Shown here: piece by piece, positions 61,766-64,000 of the stretch
Layout of the letters: every line of letters starts with the position of its first letter
Position numbering within the stretch: position 1 is the stretch's first letter
NCBI GenBank assembly: GCA_902527605.1
Contig: CABZPQ010000007.1
Coordinates: 3,757-67,756 of the forward strand
DNA from: an uncultured Pelagibacteraceae bacterium
GTDB taxonomy: Bacteria; Pseudomonadota; Alphaproteobacteria; Pelagibacterales; Pelagibacteraceae
Direction of reading: 5' to 3'
Length of the DNA stretch: 64,000 bases
Translations under genes and position numbers: made by a program
The notes under the pieces: model-generated
Database searches by the model: none
Told to the model about the DNA's origin: nothing
What the model saw: only the letters and a program-made list of their open reading frames with translations

Positions 61766-62326
61766 TTAGTGATGATAAAAAGGTTTTCTATCAAATATCT
61801 TTTTTACCATTGGTTCAAACTCTTCTAAAGACATAGATTTGTAGTTAGGATCAAAAGAAGACTGGTCATATTTTTCACAAAAATCAACTGTATCTTGATA
61901 ATATTTGTGGTCCTTGAATTTATCCCTAGCGTTTCTATCACCCCCTAAATGATGAGCACTGTAATAAGTTTGAAAAAGTCCATGATGAAGTATTATCCAA
62001 TATGTTTTTTCTGAAACATAAGGTCTGATTATTGAAGCAGCATATTGAGAATGATTCATAGGCGCCAAGTCATCCCCTATGTCATGAAGCAAAGTTGCTA
62101 CTACCATCTCTTCACTTTCTCCATTTTTGTACGCTCTTGTTGCTGCTTGCAAAGAATGTTCTAATCTAGTGATTTGATAGCCTTCAAGGGTTGTACTTTG
62201 ACTTGCAAGATACTTAAGTAATCTATCTGCTGTTTTACGTTCAAAATTTTTTTCATACTTTTCTAATAATTCATAATCTTCTTTTGAACCATTTTTCATT
62301 TCAGTAAAATTTACTTTTTTCATCAA
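61766..62326 (-). CDS. HD-domain metalloprotein, PhnZ/TmpB-like diiron ligand set
   Basis: LEH, LLHDIG, NH, HH, YDQ. Confidence 0.75.
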   Translation of the reverse strand: MMKKVNFTEMKNGSKEDYELLEKYEKNFERKTADRLLKYLASQSTTLEGYQITRLEHSLQAATRAYKNGESEEMVVATLLHDIGDDLAPMNHSQYAASIIRPYVSEKTYWIILHHGLFQTYYSAHHLGGDRNARDKFKDHKYYQDTVDFCEKYDQSSFDPNYKSMSLEEFEPMVKKIFDRKPFYHH

Positions 62327-63765
62327 TTGCTTGATCCTGTACTTAATAATGATAATTGTGTAACTTTATCCTCTCCAAGTTCATCAATTATTTTTATTGG
62401 ATAATCACCAGTAAAATGATGATCAGTTAATTGTGGATAAGCATCATTTCTCTTATCAAAACCCATTGCTCTATACAAACCATCTAAAGTTAAAAATTTA
62501 AGTGATTTTGCTTTTATAAACTCTTTTATTTCATCTACTGATTTGTTTGCTGCTAGTAATTCTTTTTTTGTAGGTGTATCAACTCCATAAAAATCTGGGT
62601 ATTTTATTTCTGGACTTGCTATCCTCACATGTATTTCTTTAGCGCCATTATCATATAACATTTTTACAATCTTTGATGAAGTGGTCCCTCTAACTAAAGA
62701 GTCATCAACTAAAATTATTTTTTTATTTTTTATAACTGAAACATTTGCATTTAATTTTAATTTAACTCCTAAACTTCTAATCTGTTGTGACGGCTCTATA
62801 AAAGTTCGACCAACATAATGATTTCTTATCAGACCTAAATCAAAATTTATTTTTTTTTCTTCTGCGTAACCCAATGCAGCTGCATTACCAGAGTCAGGTA
62901 CTGGCACAACTAAGTCAGCATCTAAATTATCCTCTTTTGCTAATTCAGCTCCAAATCTTTTGCGATATTCATATGCTGTTTTACCACCTAAAATACTATC
63001 TGGTCTTGAAAAATAAATATATTCAAAAACACATGGTCTCACTTTTTTTTGAGGAAATGGCTTAATACTTTTTAATTCATCATTTTCTACATAAACAATT
63101 TCACCATTTTCAACTTCTCTAACAAATTTTGCACCAATAATATCAAAAGCACATGTCTCAGATGCAAAAACATAAGAGTTTTTTAATTTTCCTATTACTA
63201 AAGGTCTAATTCCATAAGGATCTCTTACACCAATAAGTGTGTTTTGTGTCATCATTACCAATGCATATCCTCCTTGAATTTGAAACAGAGCATCAATAAC
63301 TTTATCAATTGTCTTTGGTCTTTTTGATTTAGCTATAAGTTTTACAATGGTTTCAGTATCTGATGTTGTGTAAAAAATTGAACCTTCTTCAACCATTTTA
63401 TTTCTAAGTGTTATTGCATTCGTTAAATTTCCATTATGCGCAACTCCAATTCCGCCTGAATTAGTATCAGCAAAGAACGGTTGTACATTTCTTAAAGCAG
63501 TTCCGCCAGTAGTAGAATATCTATTGTGACCTATCGCATAATTTCCTGGCAAGTTTTTTAAAACTTTTTCATCATTAAAGTTGTCACCAACTAAACCAAA
63601 TCTTTTTTCAGAGTGATATTTTTCGCCATCAAATGATACAATTCCACAACCTTCTTGCCCTCTATGTTGTAATGCATGAAGTCCTAAAGCGGTTAAGGTC
63701 GATGCTTCTGGAGTATTACTAATTCCAAAGACAGCACATTCCTCTTTTAATTTAGAGTTATACAT
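62323..63765 (-). CDS. purF: Amidophosphoribosyltransferase (start 63765 or 63792)
   Basis: EECAVFG, QHRGQE, HNGN, VDDSLVRGTT. Confidence 0.97.
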   Translation of the reverse strand: MYNSKLKEECAVFGISNTPEASTLTALGLHALQHRGQEGCGIVSFDGEKYHSEKRFGLVGDNFNDEKVLKNLPGNYAIGHNRYSTTGGTALRNVQPFFADTNSGGIGVAHNGNLTNAITLRNKMVEEGSIFYTTSDTETIVKLIAKSKRPKTIDKVIDALFQIQGGYALVMMTQNTLIGVRDPYGIRPLVIGKLKNSYVFASETCAFDIIGAKFVREVENGEIVYVENDELKSIKPFPQKKVRPCVFEYIYFSRPDSILGGKTAYEYRKRFGAELAKEDNLDADLVVPVPDSGNAAALGYAEEKKINFDLGLIRNHYVGRTFIEPSQQIRSLGVKLKLNANVSVIKNKKIILVDDSLVRGTTSSKIVKMLYDNGAKEIHVRIASPEIKYPDFYGVDTPTKKELLAANKSVDEIKEFIKAKSLKFLTLDGLYRAMGFDKRNDAYPQLTDHHFTGDYPIKIIDELGEDKVTQLSLLSTGSSN

Positions 63766-64000
63766 CTTGAACTTTTTCTTTAGCGTCTTCATATTGTTTT
63801 TGATTTGGAAATACCTTTATAAGATAGATACTACCTTTTTCAACCCAAGGAAATGTTAATGAATCTTTTAAATTTAATGGCCATTTTTTACTATCATAGA
63901 CAACATCAATAGCTGTGAATAGACAAACAATTAAAATATAGCTCTTAGCGATTCCAAAAAAAAAACCAAAAACCTTATCGATCGAGCCTAATCCGGTGTA
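63758..64000 (-). CDS. cvpA: CvpA family protein, C-terminal part (truncated by window end)
   Basis: Hand translation gives ...GLGSIDKVFGFFFGIAKSY...KVQDV*; canonical position upstream of purF. Confidence 0.8.
   Translation of the reverse strand, partial: YTGLGSIDKVFGFFFGIAKSYILIVCLFTAIDVVYDSKKWPLNLKDSLTFPWVEKGSIYLIKVFPNQKQYEDAKEKVQDV

Noticed and set aside
1333-63065. Many 60-136 aa ORFs nested in or antisense to well-supported genes
   Set aside because: Overlap conserved CDSs and show no domain signatures
44400-64000. Shift to mostly minus-strand genes as a possible replication terminus
   Set aside because: No dif site found and GC skew was not computed; could reflect operon orientation or a local inversion
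1-64000. CRISPR arrays, tRNA/rRNA, IS elements, prophage or defence systems
   Set aside because: No repeat-spacer arrays, cloverleaf sequences, integrases, transposases or nuclease motifs seen by eye

Overview
Very AT-rich, gene-dense alphaproteobacterial chromosome segment that looks like SAR11/Pelagibacterales. The evidence is the proteorhodopsin-ferredoxin-reductase-GST-dksA order, tiny or overlapping intergenic gaps, the tandem glycine riboswitch before gcvTHP and the CBS-less GuaB. I saw no rRNA, tRNA, CRISPR array, IS or prophage. Core genes include recA, alaS, icd, psd/pssA, rlmE, guaBA, gcvTHP, gshAB, purF and sodB. The most notable items are: (1) a DMT transporter-amidinotransferase-threonine aldolase operon with an intact catalytic triad but an altered acceptor pocket, a candidate guanidino-compound/glycine scavenging pathway; (2) a furan-fatty-acid-like (ufaD/ufaO/ufaM-like) cluster attached to gcvP and next to tspO; (3) a TRAP transporter of the pyroglutamate-binding type beside pxpABC; (4) an HPP-family membrane protein upstream of NAD-formate dehydrogenase; (5) a surface-glycosylation cassette with an unannotated 34-aa membrane peptide and an exported GH-A hydrolase; (6) a blue-tuned proteorhodopsin with a structured leader and a RegA-like box; (7) LexA boxes at umuD and recA; (8) back-to-back genes that appear leaderless. 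All functional calls come from motif recognition only; no database searches were run.
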